Assembly (NCBI GenBank): GCA_000004985.1 | Contig: GG738871.1 | Source of the DNA: Naegleria gruberi | Lineage: Eukaryota | DNA length: 64,000 nt | Strand: one strand, 5' to 3' | Shown: one piece after another, positions 21,053 through 31,333 of the stretch | Numbering within the stretch: position 1 is the first letter of the stretch | Layout of the letters: each line of letters begins with the position of its first letter | Notes under the pieces: model-generated | What the model was told of the DNA's origin: nothing | The model's database searches: none | Seen by the model: the letters and a program-made list of their open reading frames with translations, nothing else | Made by a program: the position numbers and the translations under genes

Positions 21053-22249
21053 ATGTCAAAACATCAAATAATGATTAGTGTCACTTTGGCATGCTTGTTA
21101 TTGGTGACGACCGTTGCTTCTAAAGTAATAACACCATCATCACGATTAATTTCTGTAACAACTCCTTCCGATAGAGCAGCCATTTCTGTAAATAGTTTTA
21201 TTGACAAATTCCTTGATCCGAAATCGAATTATTTATTCGATACTTTTACCAATTCATCAAAAACTGTTTCACCTTTAACAGGTTATTGGACTTTCGCCCA
21301 AGGATTTCACTCCATTATTGATAATGCCTTTAGAATTTCACAACAAAAACAGAGTTTATTGGATAAACCATTTTCCTATTATGTCCAATTGATTTCACAA
21401 TTATACAGTGGACAAGATAAGATTGGATGGGATAGACCCTATGTGGATGACATGAATTGGATGGGAATTACATTGTTTTGGGCTTTTAAAGTTACAGGAA
21501 ATCAAACTTATTTGGATAAATGTCTGTATCTGTATCAGATTATTGAAGGAAATTGGGACGAAACTTGTTGTGGATCTGTAAAGGGAGGAATTTGGTGGGA
21601 TTATTCTCATTCACAGAAGGCTACTGCTTCCAATGCAGGTCCTGCAATTTTAGCTTCACTTTTATATCAAGAAATTGGAAATCTAAATTATTTGAGTTTC
21701 TCATTGAAAGTTTTCAATTTTTGGAATAATTTAATGGTAGATAAAAAGACAAGTGCTGTATGTGATCATATTTCAGCAAAGGGAGATATTGAATGCTCTT
21801 GGAGATTTACCTACAATGAAGGATTAATGATTGGAGCTGCCACCAATCTCTACAAAATTACAAATAATCAAACCTATCTCAATATTGCTTCTAATATTGC
21901 CAATTTTATGATTAGCAATGAAGTAACATTCTCAAAGATTGGAGGAACTGTTCTCTTCGATGGTACCAATTGTGTTGGAGATTGTGTTCAATTTAAGGGA
22001 ATTGCATTCAGATATTTACAATTTCTCTTCAATAATTTGAATGATAATTATCCAATCAAATCTAAAATTCAACAAGTTTTGAATTCTAGTGTGGAAAGTA
22101 TTTGGGAATTGGCCAGAAATCCTAACCTTGAATTATTTGGAGTCAATTGGGCAGGTCCTTCTCCATCCAATACTTTACAATATTATGAAGCTCAAGTGAA
22201 TAGTGTTGTAATGACTCTTTCACTTGCTGTTTCACAACAATTGAAATAA
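21053..22249 (+). CDS. Secreted glycoside hydrolase family 76-like (alpha-1,6-mannanase / Dfg5-like) protein
   Basis: 398-aa intronless ORF with a signal peptide (MSKHQIMISVTLACLLLVTTVAS). The GH76-like blocks are GYWTFAQGFHSIIDNAF, DDMNWMGITLFWAFKVTGNQTYLDKC, GGIWWDYSH and SWRFTYNEGLMIGAATNLYKITNNQTYL. This family is typically fungal or bacterial. Confidence 0.6.
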   Translation: MSKHQIMISVTLACLLLVTTVASKVITPSSRLISVTTPSDRAAISVNSFIDKFLDPKSNYLFDTFTNSSKTVSPLTGYWTFAQGFHSIIDNAFRISQQKQSLLDKPFSYYVQLISQLYSGQDKIGWDRPYVDDMNWMGITLFWAFKVTGNQTYLDKCLYLYQIIEGNWDETCCGSVKGGIWWDYSHSQKATASNAGPAILASLLYQEIGNLNYLSFSLKVFNFWNNLMVDKKTSAVCDHISAKGDIECSWRFTYNEGLMIGAATNLYKITNNQTYLNIASNIANFMISNEVTFSKIGGTVLFDGTNCVGDCVQFKGIAFRYLQFLFNNLNDNYPIKSKIQQVLNSSVESIWELARNPNLELFGVNWAGPSPSNTLQYYEAQVNSVVMTLSLAVSQQLK

Positions 22250-22689
22250 TAAAACATCACTTGTCAATAAATTTAAATATTAATAAATTTAAACCACATT
22301 CAAAGGAATGCAGAATGAACAACATTTTCTTATAGCGAGAATATCAATGATATATATAAGAAACATAACGGCAACCCAAACCAAAAACAAACACTGTTCC
22401 AACAAATCTGTTTCTGTTCTAAATATATTCTTTTATTTTTAATTACCTCAAATAATGACACCGCCAGTGAGCTTTCTATCTGTATAGTGATGTGGCTCGA
22501 TACTGATAATGCTTAACTTTTTAAATTGTGGCTTCCAAATGTTTTAACTTACGGCTGTTGGTTTATCATAGCAGGAGTATCTTCTGTTCCTGATGATGAG
22601 ACATTAGCTTCATTGAGAAGTTAATTTGTTTGTAGAGACATTTCTTTGTGTTGTTTATTAGCCGCCTTGATGAAAGTAAGTGTTTAAGT

Positions 22690-25123
22690 TTATTTCAATT
22701 TCTTTTTACATTTCTTAATCATCTTCTTGGTTGGTTTATCTTGTGGAAATTTAGAGAGATGATCCTGGAATATTGTAAGAGCTTGTTCATAGTCTTTCTT
22801 TGCAACTAGTTCAATTCCTTGATTGTAAATTGCCCATTCTTTTTTCTTCTTCTCCATTTCGTCCAATTCGTACATCCATTCTATATTTCCAAAAGTTTAG
22901 TTTCAAACTATAATCAAAATACATACCATCCATTTGAACTTTCAATTGATTTCCCATTTCAAACAGGTCACATTCCTTCGATTTAATCTTATCAGAAAGT
23001 GAGAAGAAGGAATCGGTATCTTTCACCAGCTCCTTTTCACATACAAATCTAAACTCAAAGCTTTGAGCATTTTCCTTATAAACGCTCTCACTCACTAAAT
23101 TTGGAATATTCAATTTGATCGCTTGTTGAATCATTCTATCAAGATTTGCATTGTAATTTCCAAAAATTGTAAAGTTTTTCATCTTTTCAGTTCCAATATT
23201 TCCAACTGAACATTTTTCAGTCAACATTGAAAATCTCAAATTGACCTTGCTATTAATCTTCTTTGTTCTTTCAATTAATTGTCTTGTTTGATCGGCTGCC
23301 TTCTTTGAATGATCTTTACAATCAAAACTGGAATTCCATGAAAATGTAATACATTGATTTTCAATATTACCCATGAAAGATCCGCTCTTATTGGACCAAG
23401 ATTGGAGCGTGGTGAATAATTCGGTAAGAGTATTCGAAACATCGTTCAAATTTCCAAATAATTCATTCAAATTCTCAATATACAATCTCATAAAGGTAAT
23501 ATCCTTATTGATTAGTCCTAACCTAAACATATTCGAATCTGTCTTAATGAAGAGAATCTTTCAGATTGTCGAGCCATTGAAGAGAATGATCTTCTCGACT
23601 CATATATTGAATTGATCTTAACTAATTTGTTAATTGGTTCAATATTTTGATTTTTGGTTTCTCCCTCAATGGAAGCTAACAAGTGAGCTGGAATGAAGGA
23701 TCTGTATTCGTTGATTCGTTTGGTCATTGATAAGAAGTGAGCTTGTAATTGGGATACTTCAGAAAATCTGGAAGGTTCTACATGGAGTGAATCCAATTCC
23801 ATATTCGAAACCATTTCGAATAGTGCGATTAAATTGTAAAATGGATGAGTAATTTTTATAGAACTGAACATTCCCAATCCAGAACCAAGCAGAAGAATCA
23901 CTAAATTTCCAATCAATGCACAAATAATGGCAATTATCATGTTTCCAATATAATTCCATTGAGGAACTGAAAAGACAATCACCCTTAATATTCTTCAATC
24001 AGAAATCTTATTAGAAACCAAGTGAACTTACCAATCTATATTAGAGGAGGTACATAATCTGAAAATTGCATTTCTTCTCGTTGCAGAATTAACCCCCAAC
24101 ATGACATTACAAGAAATATTCATAATTCCAGGATAGAGTTGACTAATTTCATTGTAAACATGTTTAACTTCTGTATTATTAATTGTGTTGATTGTGTCCA
24201 AATTTGCAGTTTCTACATCCCCTACGGGTGGTGGAGGGAAATTAGCTAATTTTTCATTAAACAATCTTTTCCAATTTAGGTAAATACTTACTTGCAACAA
24301 TTTTCTTCTCAACTTGACCTTCCAAAATAAAAGCAATTGCACCATCAATCGAATCAGTCGATTCTTTCAGAAACCACGAAAAGGTTGTCGTACTGAAATC
24401 CAAATAATGAATCCAATCAAAAACTCGAGTTGAATTTTCCAACCTGAACGAATTGACCAATGAAATTAAAATCACTGGAACTCCAGGACTACTGAATGTT
24501 TCGCTAAAGATTGGAGTATCTGGATATTTAGCAGCAATTTTCTTGACTTGTCCTGTTTCAAAAGTTGGAACTTGACTTAGTAAAATTGGACAAACGACAG
24601 AACTAGCTCCAAAATCACAAATATAATAAGTGTCAAAAATTGGTCGAGTTGTAATGAGGATGAATGGTCTGACATTCTCTTTGGGTGTAACAAACCCATT
24701 TCCATATCCCTCAAAATTATAGAGTTTTACAGCTTCAACAATTGGATGAAGTTTCGTCTCACTTTTTACGAATTGCAATAAATCCAAATTTAACTGATCG
24801 TAATCAGAAGTATTCTGACTGACATGTATTTTCATTTGGTTTTTGGAAGTTTCTGATGAGATGACCAATTCAGACAATGTATTATTAACCTGTTGCACGA
24901 GAAATGCAAATTGATGTTCAGTCAATTGTGTTGCCATCACTTCAACTGTCGAGGCAAAACTTGTTAACCAAATGATGGACGTTACCAATAGAGTAGCCAA
25001 AATCATCATGGATACCATCAAGACAAGGCATATTTTAATACTAATGATGGGTTTTCTTGTCAGAGATGATGCTTCCTCTCGAAGTAAGAGGTCTGTATCT
25101 TGTGAGGTTGGTTGTATTGACAT
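22690..25123 (-). CDS. Receptor-type (single-pass membrane) adenylate/guanylate cyclase-homology-domain protein with C-terminal TPR-like tail; multi-exon, several introns not fully resolved
   Basis: The N-terminal exon (24257..25123, ATG at 25123) encodes a short cytosolic N-terminus, a TM helix (ICLVLMVSMMILATLLVTSIIWL) and an extracellular domain of about 270 aa. Downstream ORF pieces (24028..24348, 23518..23982) encode a second TM helix and a linker. ORF 22811..23530 encodes a class III cyclase-homology domain (KDITFMRLYIENLNELF...MGNIENQ...RFSMLTEKCSVGNIGTEKMKNFTIFGNYNANLDRM). The last intron is resolved: donor GTATGT, 22876..22910, acceptor TATAG, phase 1. It joins to the exon 22690..22875, which encodes a TPR-like motif (EWAIYNQGIELVAKKDYEQALTIFQDHL). 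Confidence 0.55.
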
Positions 25124-25411
25124 TTTTTTGTGTTTTGATGCCAAAATCTCTACGATTAGTGAGGTAAGGGTAGCACAGATCTTGATTCTTCCATGCCATT
25201 TCCAATTTAAACTCCCATCAAAGATTGTCAATGAAATTTACAATAAAATTAAAGATGACAGAATCAATTGGATGGACGAGATTTTTTAAGTATGAAAGGT
25301 ATTGAATAAGTGAGCGATAACAGTGACTAAATATGACCATCTATTTCGATTTTGGTACCTCAATTCATATTACTAATTTGCTGAGGTGCAATTAAATTTG
25401 GTATTATTTAA

Positions 25412-27378
25412 TTAAATAATTTGAAATTCCTTTTCAATGGTTGATTGAGTGGCTACTCTAAATTCTAATGGTCCATTGTAGAGTGATAATCTGTCTGTGT
25501 CCCAATCGAAAAATGCAGGTCCACAATTATCTCCATAACTGTTTAGTTCAATAATCTTTACAATTTCCTTTTCTAGATCAATGACTACAAAGTCAATACA
25601 ACAATCATCGAGAGGTATCTTGTGTTTGACCTTTTCAAAATAATTCAAGATAATTCTCTTCATGGATTGATATTCTTCTATTGGAACATTTGGAAAGAAA
25701 GATGAACTGAAATATTGAGTCATGGCTGTCATTTTCTTGTTTCTGATAAAAGTTCTGACTTCTCTCCAAATAGGAATGTCAATCCACTCCCTTTGTTCAT
25801 AAAATATGATTGTACATGATTCATTTCTAATATATTCTTATCAATTACTTACCTGATCACAATTTGAATGGGCATTGATTCATTACTTTGATGTTGAACT
25901 GCATCACTTCCCAATGAAACTGATAAATCAACATGAGATCTATAACTAATAGTCATTAATTTGATAAAATCCTCTCCTGATTTGACTTTCATACATTTCT
26001 GAGCACATATTTGAGTTATGGCCGATTGATACTTTTCATGTTTGAGTGAAAGTCGATCTCCACTTGAATCTACCTCCAAGGAATATAGCTCACTCCATTG
26101 TTTGACCATCTCCTCTACCATGGCATCATATTGATTGACTTTGAAAGCAGCATCCTTTGGAGAACGATGTGAAAGTTTAACAAAGGCTTCTCTATTTGGA
26201 AATTCACTCATCACTTGATTGATTCTGTTGGCTAATCCTTTCAAAATTTCTTCCTCTTCACTCTGTGTTTGTGATCCAAAGAACCATCTTTCGTATTCCT
26301 TTACAATGGCTTGAGCTTCTCCATAAGAAATTGAAAGAAAACGTGTTTTGAAAGTTTCCTCACCCAACTTGTCCATCCAAGTATTGCAATCAGTGAGATC
26401 GACATATAAAGTCAAACTAGCATTAATTAATTGCTTCTCTGGGATTATTTTGAACCATTCCAAATCATTTTCCTTAATTTCCAATGTAGATCCATCTTGC
26501 AAACATGGGAAATCTGATAATTTCTTCAACAACTCGAATACAGCATCTCTTAATAGGTAATGATATGAAAAACAGAATAATAAAGTGATTGGAAGAAATT
26601 GTTCTACTTGGAAGAGAAGGAATTTCTTCAATGAGCATAAATCTAAATGTCTAATTCTGAAAACTTCATTGAAAAACTTGAAGAGATTTACAACTCTTGT
26701 CAATTTCTCCAATTGATTGTTATCAGATTGACAATAATAAATTTCCAAGCATTCTTCCATAATTTTGTGAAATAAAAGTGGTTTTTCAATCCTATTACAT
26801 CTGGATATACGGAAAATATGCTTAAATTCACTTTCTCCTTCATAAATATTAAATAAATCTTGCAATATTTCAATTAAACTATTTTCATCATGATTCGAAT
26901 TTTCAATCTTTTCAATTACTTGTTCCAAATTATCCAAACAATTTCCTAACTTGCTTTCGATCTTCCATCTTCTTTCAATAGGTATCTTTCTCATAATACT
27001 TTCATTCTTCATCTCAATTTCATCTTCAGCAAGATTCGAATCGTCATCATTACTAGTGAGTGATGGAAATAATTCAAAATCTGAATTTTCATTCCGATGA
27101 TCCAAATCTTGTTGATCATTTATCAATTTACGAAAATCATCAATTAATTCACTCCAAAATTGTGAATCTTCCGATACTTGTTTTCCCAACTTTTCATTCA
27201 ATGCTTGTTTACAATCTTGTGCAAGATTTGTAATTTTGTAATTGTTATTGCCATCATCATCGTCAGCATCTTTATCAGTGGAGAGAAGAAATACTTTTGA
27301 AAAGAGAGAGCACATTAAACTCTGAGAATTAGGACTCATACGCAAATAGTCCAATACGGTGAGTAGATTTTCAGACAT
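25412..27378 (-). CDS. CDC123: CDC123 / D123-family protein (eIF2 assembly factor) with about 350-aa N-terminal extension, 2 exons
   Basis: Exon 1 is 27378..25853 and exon 2 is 25790..25412. The intron is 25791..25852 (GTAAGT...CAAAG, phase 2). The spliced region IVIREWIDIPIWREVRTFIRNKKMTAMTQYF...DFVVIDLEKEIVKIIELNSYGDN aligns with human CDC123 (LVLRKWCELIPGAEFRCFVKENKLIGISQRDYTQYY...KVWLIDFNPFGE). The N-terminal D123 motif (FVKLSHRSPKDAAF) is in exon 1, preceded by about 350 aa with no recognised domain. Confidence 0.7.
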
Positions 27379-27547
27379 TTTTATTTTGTGCTTCAAATTC
27401 GAAAATGAAGTTGGAAAATTGAGATGCACTTGAAGGATCAATATTTTATGAAAGGAATATTAAGACTATACATTGAATATTTAAAGTATTTAAAATTAAA
27501 TATTGTTAAATTATTAAATTGTAAAATTGTAAAGAGTTTAAAAAAAA

Positions 27548-28771
27548 ATGAACAAGTACAAATCGATTCTTTCCTCCTCATCAACATTAAGCAATTCCAC
27601 ACCAATGATGATGATGACGAAACACCTCCCGAGAGCCACATTATTTTCCCTGAAAAAATCTTCTCCGAATCATGAAGAATTAAATTTCGGAATTTCAATG
27701 ATGATGATGAAGAAGAATACAAGACGATGCTTTTCCTCCTCATTAAACAATCAAAAAGAAACAAAATCCAATAGTGATGATGATTATAAAATTCAATATG
27801 AAAAATACACTAAAGATTTAGCCCAACGAGTGGTTGATATTTTCCATGCACAAAAGAGTTGTCAATTAACAAGTTTTGGAGGATCGGAGAGTACTAGTGT
27901 TGAACATTTGAAAACTTCAATCATTCCGATGGCTATTGTTAAAAAGACAGTCTCTGATATTTATTTATCGGAATTTAAGAAGAAACCAAAGAAGGAACAA
28001 GAAGAACATTTGGAAGGAATTAAATATTATGAGGATATTTCAGGATTTGAAGATGATGGATATAATCTTAAACATTTTGATATTTATATTTGCATGCCTG
28101 ATGGAAGTGATCATCTTGTTAATATTTCCAATGCTCCAGAGCCATTGCAAATCAGAAGAAAATTACTCCCAACAGAGACAGCCATTGTCAGTATTGCAAC
28201 TGGTCACAGCGATCAGATTATGAGCTCACTATTCCAGAGAGTGGGTAGAATGCCTCCACGTGCCACAATTTCTGCCACTCTTGAAACTATTCCAAAAGAG
28301 TCTGAGGGATTTCATCAAATTTGGACTGAACAATTTAGAATGCATCCAAATGTTTCGATTCAAATGAAGAAGAATAGTGCCAATATTTTCAGAGTGAGAG
28401 TTGTCAAGAGTGCCTTCTTTTTGGATGAAGGATCAGCCATGAAAGAAATTCAAGATATGGATCATTTGAGTAGGGAAGTTATTCCAGATTCACTTTCTGC
28501 ATCAGCCAATATCAAATCAATTATTAGAAGATTGAATGGAAATCCAGAGAGAGTTGCAGCCATTTTGGAGAAGGGTTTTGGAATTCATTTGAGTGACTTT
28601 TTCGTTTATGAACTCAATTCATATTGCATGAGAATTATGGGCAGAGATGTGAGCTATGGCAATGGAAAGAAGGAACCATCACAATTTTCAACCTATGAAT
28701 TGGACCATGGTTATAAAATTTCAACCGAGGCCATGTTTAATCAATACCTTACCAAATTCCATAATGCATAA
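27548..28771 (+). CDS. Hypothetical protein (407 aa), possible N-terminal organelle-targeting region; no recognised domain
   Basis: Clean ORF with ATG in an A-rich context. The N-terminus is basic and Ser-rich (MNKYKSILSSSS...KHLPRATLFSLKKSS). Confidence 0.4.
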   Translation: MNKYKSILSSSSTLSNSTPMMMMTKHLPRATLFSLKKSSPNHEELNFGISMMMMKKNTRRCFSSSLNNQKETKSNSDDDYKIQYEKYTKDLAQRVVDIFHAQKSCQLTSFGGSESTSVEHLKTSIIPMAIVKKTVSDIYLSEFKKKPKKEQEEHLEGIKYYEDISGFEDDGYNLKHFDIYICMPDGSDHLVNISNAPEPLQIRRKLLPTETAIVSIATGHSDQIMSSLFQRVGRMPPRATISATLETIPKESEGFHQIWTEQFRMHPNVSIQMKKNSANIFRVRVVKSAFFLDEGSAMKEIQDMDHLSREVIPDSLSASANIKSIIRRLNGNPERVAAILEKGFGIHLSDFFVYELNSYCMRIMGRDVSYGNGKKEPSQFSTYELDHGYKISTEAMFNQYLTKFHNA

Positions 28772-28958
28772 ATTATTAATTGATTTTGAAACTACAAGAA
28801 ACGTTTTATTATTAATTATGCATAAAAATGTTTTATTTATTATTTCAAGAAACTGTTGCAAATTGCAGGAAAGGATGAACGTTACCAAAGGAAAGGAACA
28901 GCTAAAGAACAATAACAAATACAAATTTAAATATTTTTGTTTTTATAAAAGAGAGAAT

Positions 28959-29390
28959 TTAGAATCTCAATGGGGAGAAGAATTCCTTCATAGCCTTACC
29001 ACCCTTCAAGTACTTAGCTTCAAACTTCTTCTTGATGGCCTTCTTGGCTTCCTTCTTTTGTGTAGCATCTTCAGAGGTCTTATCAGCAATCAAACCCTTG
29101 AAATCCATGTCCAAAGTGTGTCTAGTTGGCATCATATGTTGGTAGTTGACAGACTTGATGAAAACAGTGAGCTTGCTTCTTCTCTTCATGGCAGTCAATG
29201 ACATAGACTTGGTGACGGACTTTGGATATTGGTCAATACCGACAACAACAGCGTGTGGGAAGGACTTATCGTTGGCAGCATCATCGAAGTTCTTGGCAAT
29301 AACAGCCTTTCTGCCGGCATATCTACCTTGCAAGATGATGACGATTTTACCTGGCTTCAAAAACTTGGTTTGTTGGACTTCCTTTGCCAT
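28959..29390 (-). CDS. RPL27: 60S ribosomal protein L27 (eL27)
   Basis: Intronless 143-aa ORF. The segments KPGKIVIILQGRYAGRKAVIAKN and YNHMMPTRH...KFEAKY...FFSPLRF align along the full length of human RPL27 ([23 protein letters not shown]...YNYNHLMPTRY...KFEERY...FFQKLRF). Confidence 0.9.
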   Translation of the reverse strand: MAKEVQQTKFLKPGKIVIILQGRYAGRKAVIAKNFDDAANDKSFPHAVVVGIDQYPKSVTKSMSLTAMKRRSKLTVFIKSVNYQHMMPTRHTLDMDFKGLIADKTSEDATQKKEAKKAIKKKFEAKYLKGGKAMKEFFSPLRF

Positions 29391-29403
29391 TTCGTGTTTT
29401 GGA

Positions 29404-29421
29404 TTTTTTTTTCGAACAAAT
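29404..29421 (-). promoter_or_regulatory. Putative ribosomal-protein-gene promoter/TSS element (coding-strand TTGTTCGAAAAAAAAATC), 13 nt upstream of RPL27 ATG
   Basis: An identical 18-mer occurs upstream of RPL13A at 48622..48639, and I found no other copy in the window. Confidence 0.4.
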
Positions 29422-29658
29422 TTTTAGTTAACTAGCGATCCCCAACTTTACAACAAAGATAAAAATGAGCCATTTTTAACTCAATGCAAGGAAAACAACA
29501 AAACAAGCACCATGAAGTGACTTTGCTTCTTCTCCACCAACATTCCGAGAAGGTTTGACTCACCATAACATCTTCATCTTAACAAGTCTCTCACTACCAA
29601 TAGGTCTTCTTGTTGTTCTTGTTCATCTAATATTGATTGAAGGCAAAGAAAGAAAAAA

Positions 29659-30003
29659 ATGTTCAACCCTGGAAATCTTGGAAAATTCCTTCACTTGTTT
29701 GGATCAACTAGAATTGGAAAAATTGGTGATAAACTCTCTCTTCTTAAAGGACAAGGTGAAGCTGGTGGTTTGGTTCGTGTTACTATGAGTGGACTCGGAA
29801 AGATTGAAAAACTCGAACTTGACGACAAGCTCTCCGGAAAGAGTTTGGAAACAATTGAAGACCTTGTTGTGAGTGCTTGCAACTCTGCAAAGGAAGATTT
29901 GGAAAGAAAGACCAATGAAGAAATGATGAATTTGAGATCTGACCCAGAACTCCTTGCCGTCTTTGCTAGAATGTTCAACAAGGGACCAAATGAAACTAAT
30001 TAA
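29659..30003 (+). CDS. YbaB/EbfC-family nucleoid-associated DNA-binding protein homolog (bacterial-type), intronless
   Basis: 114-aa ORF starting MFNPGNLGKF. It aligns with E. coli YbaB along the whole length: GEAGGLVRVTMSGLGKIEKLELDDKL against [27 protein letters not shown], and LETIEDLVVSACNSAKEDLERKTNEEM against [26 protein letters not shown]. Confidence 0.8.
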   Translation: MFNPGNLGKFLHLFGSTRIGKIGDKLSLLKGQGEAGGLVRVTMSGLGKIEKLELDDKLSGKSLETIEDLVVSACNSAKEDLERKTNEEMMNLRSDPELLAVFARMFNKGPNETN

Positions 30004-31333
30004 ATTATTATTAACTTTGAAAGTCATCATTGTCATGCTCTCCGAGATTTTAGGATAATTCTCTCTCATACTCAACAACAACAATAATAGTACTCTACTC
30101 GTTGTGGATTTTCTACATTAATCAGCATTATTATTCAAATAATTAATTTGGATGTAATTTAATAAAACAACAAAAACTTTAAAATTCATTTGTTTTTATT
30201 GAATATAAATAAACATAATATTAAAAGTTTTTTCTCCCTTCCGATTCAAATCATTGAATACTAGTATTATATTATATAGGATGTATTCTTATACTCCCAA
30301 ATTGTTAATTAATTAACCAAACACCGAATGACTAAGAACAAGTGCAAAATCGACTTCTTTAAAGCACATCTTCTCCTAGATGAATATTCACTTCATCATT
30401 ATCGATGAAGTATCACCACCATCAAAATTTGTCTCTAATATTTTCACATTGTAAGCAATATTCTCTTTGGTTGGCTAGAAATATTCTTCAACCCTTTAAA
30501 ACTGCAAACACTTTGTTGAGGAAGAGAACAACAAAATCAAAAAAAATGTTTCCTCTTCCACTTCTCTATTCATAATAGAATTTGTTCATTAGCACAAAGT
30601 TGTATGTATTGTACTGTTTCGACGGGATGAAGGCTGGTTGCGCGAAGGTACTTGGTTGATGTTGCTCTCTTGGTTGAATGGTTATCAAAGGCTTGATATT
30701 GTTCTGTTATTGCTGGTTCTTTCAATGATGATCAACGTTTAAATGACGAGTCTGAAGATAATGCGAGGACAAAAAAACATTTGGCTTTTATATCTGATTA
30801 TGAACCAAACAGACAATGTCTAGTTGATGATGGTTATTTGATTAGAGTGTGCTCTACTCGATATCTTTAACAATCAGTCCATCCCGTCAAGAATTTCTCG
30901 AATACTAACTACATATTTTAGAATTGAACCTTTTTGAAAAGGTAAATAGTTCTTGCTTGAGAGGGATGGTGTGTTCAGAATACTTGTTTTGAATATCAAG
31001 TTTCGGCTTGTTTGAATTTTAATGATGATTAAACAATTGATGAGGCATTTATCCGACGCCCAAATAACTGGAGACAAACCTTTTGCTACCTTAACTTTCT
31101 GATGATTCAACAATTCAAAGCTTGTTGTTTGGACTTTTGTTCTGAATAGCCATCCCTGACAATATGTTTACTTACCATTTACTGTTTTTTAATTTAATAT
31201 TTAACAATTTTAGAATAAAGAAAATGAGTTGAAATGTAAATTTATATTGCTGTTATGTGTCTTAAAATCATTAATCTTGTGTTATTCAAACACTTAGAAA
31301 TGTACTATTTACATCTTATTGCAGGGGAACAAT

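Noticed and set aside
29555-29788. ORF 29555..29788 overlapping the YbaB start in another frame (hydrophobic, could be read as a targeting extension)
   Set aside because: It is in a different frame from YbaB with no splice signal to join them. The YbaB alignment begins at its own ATG.
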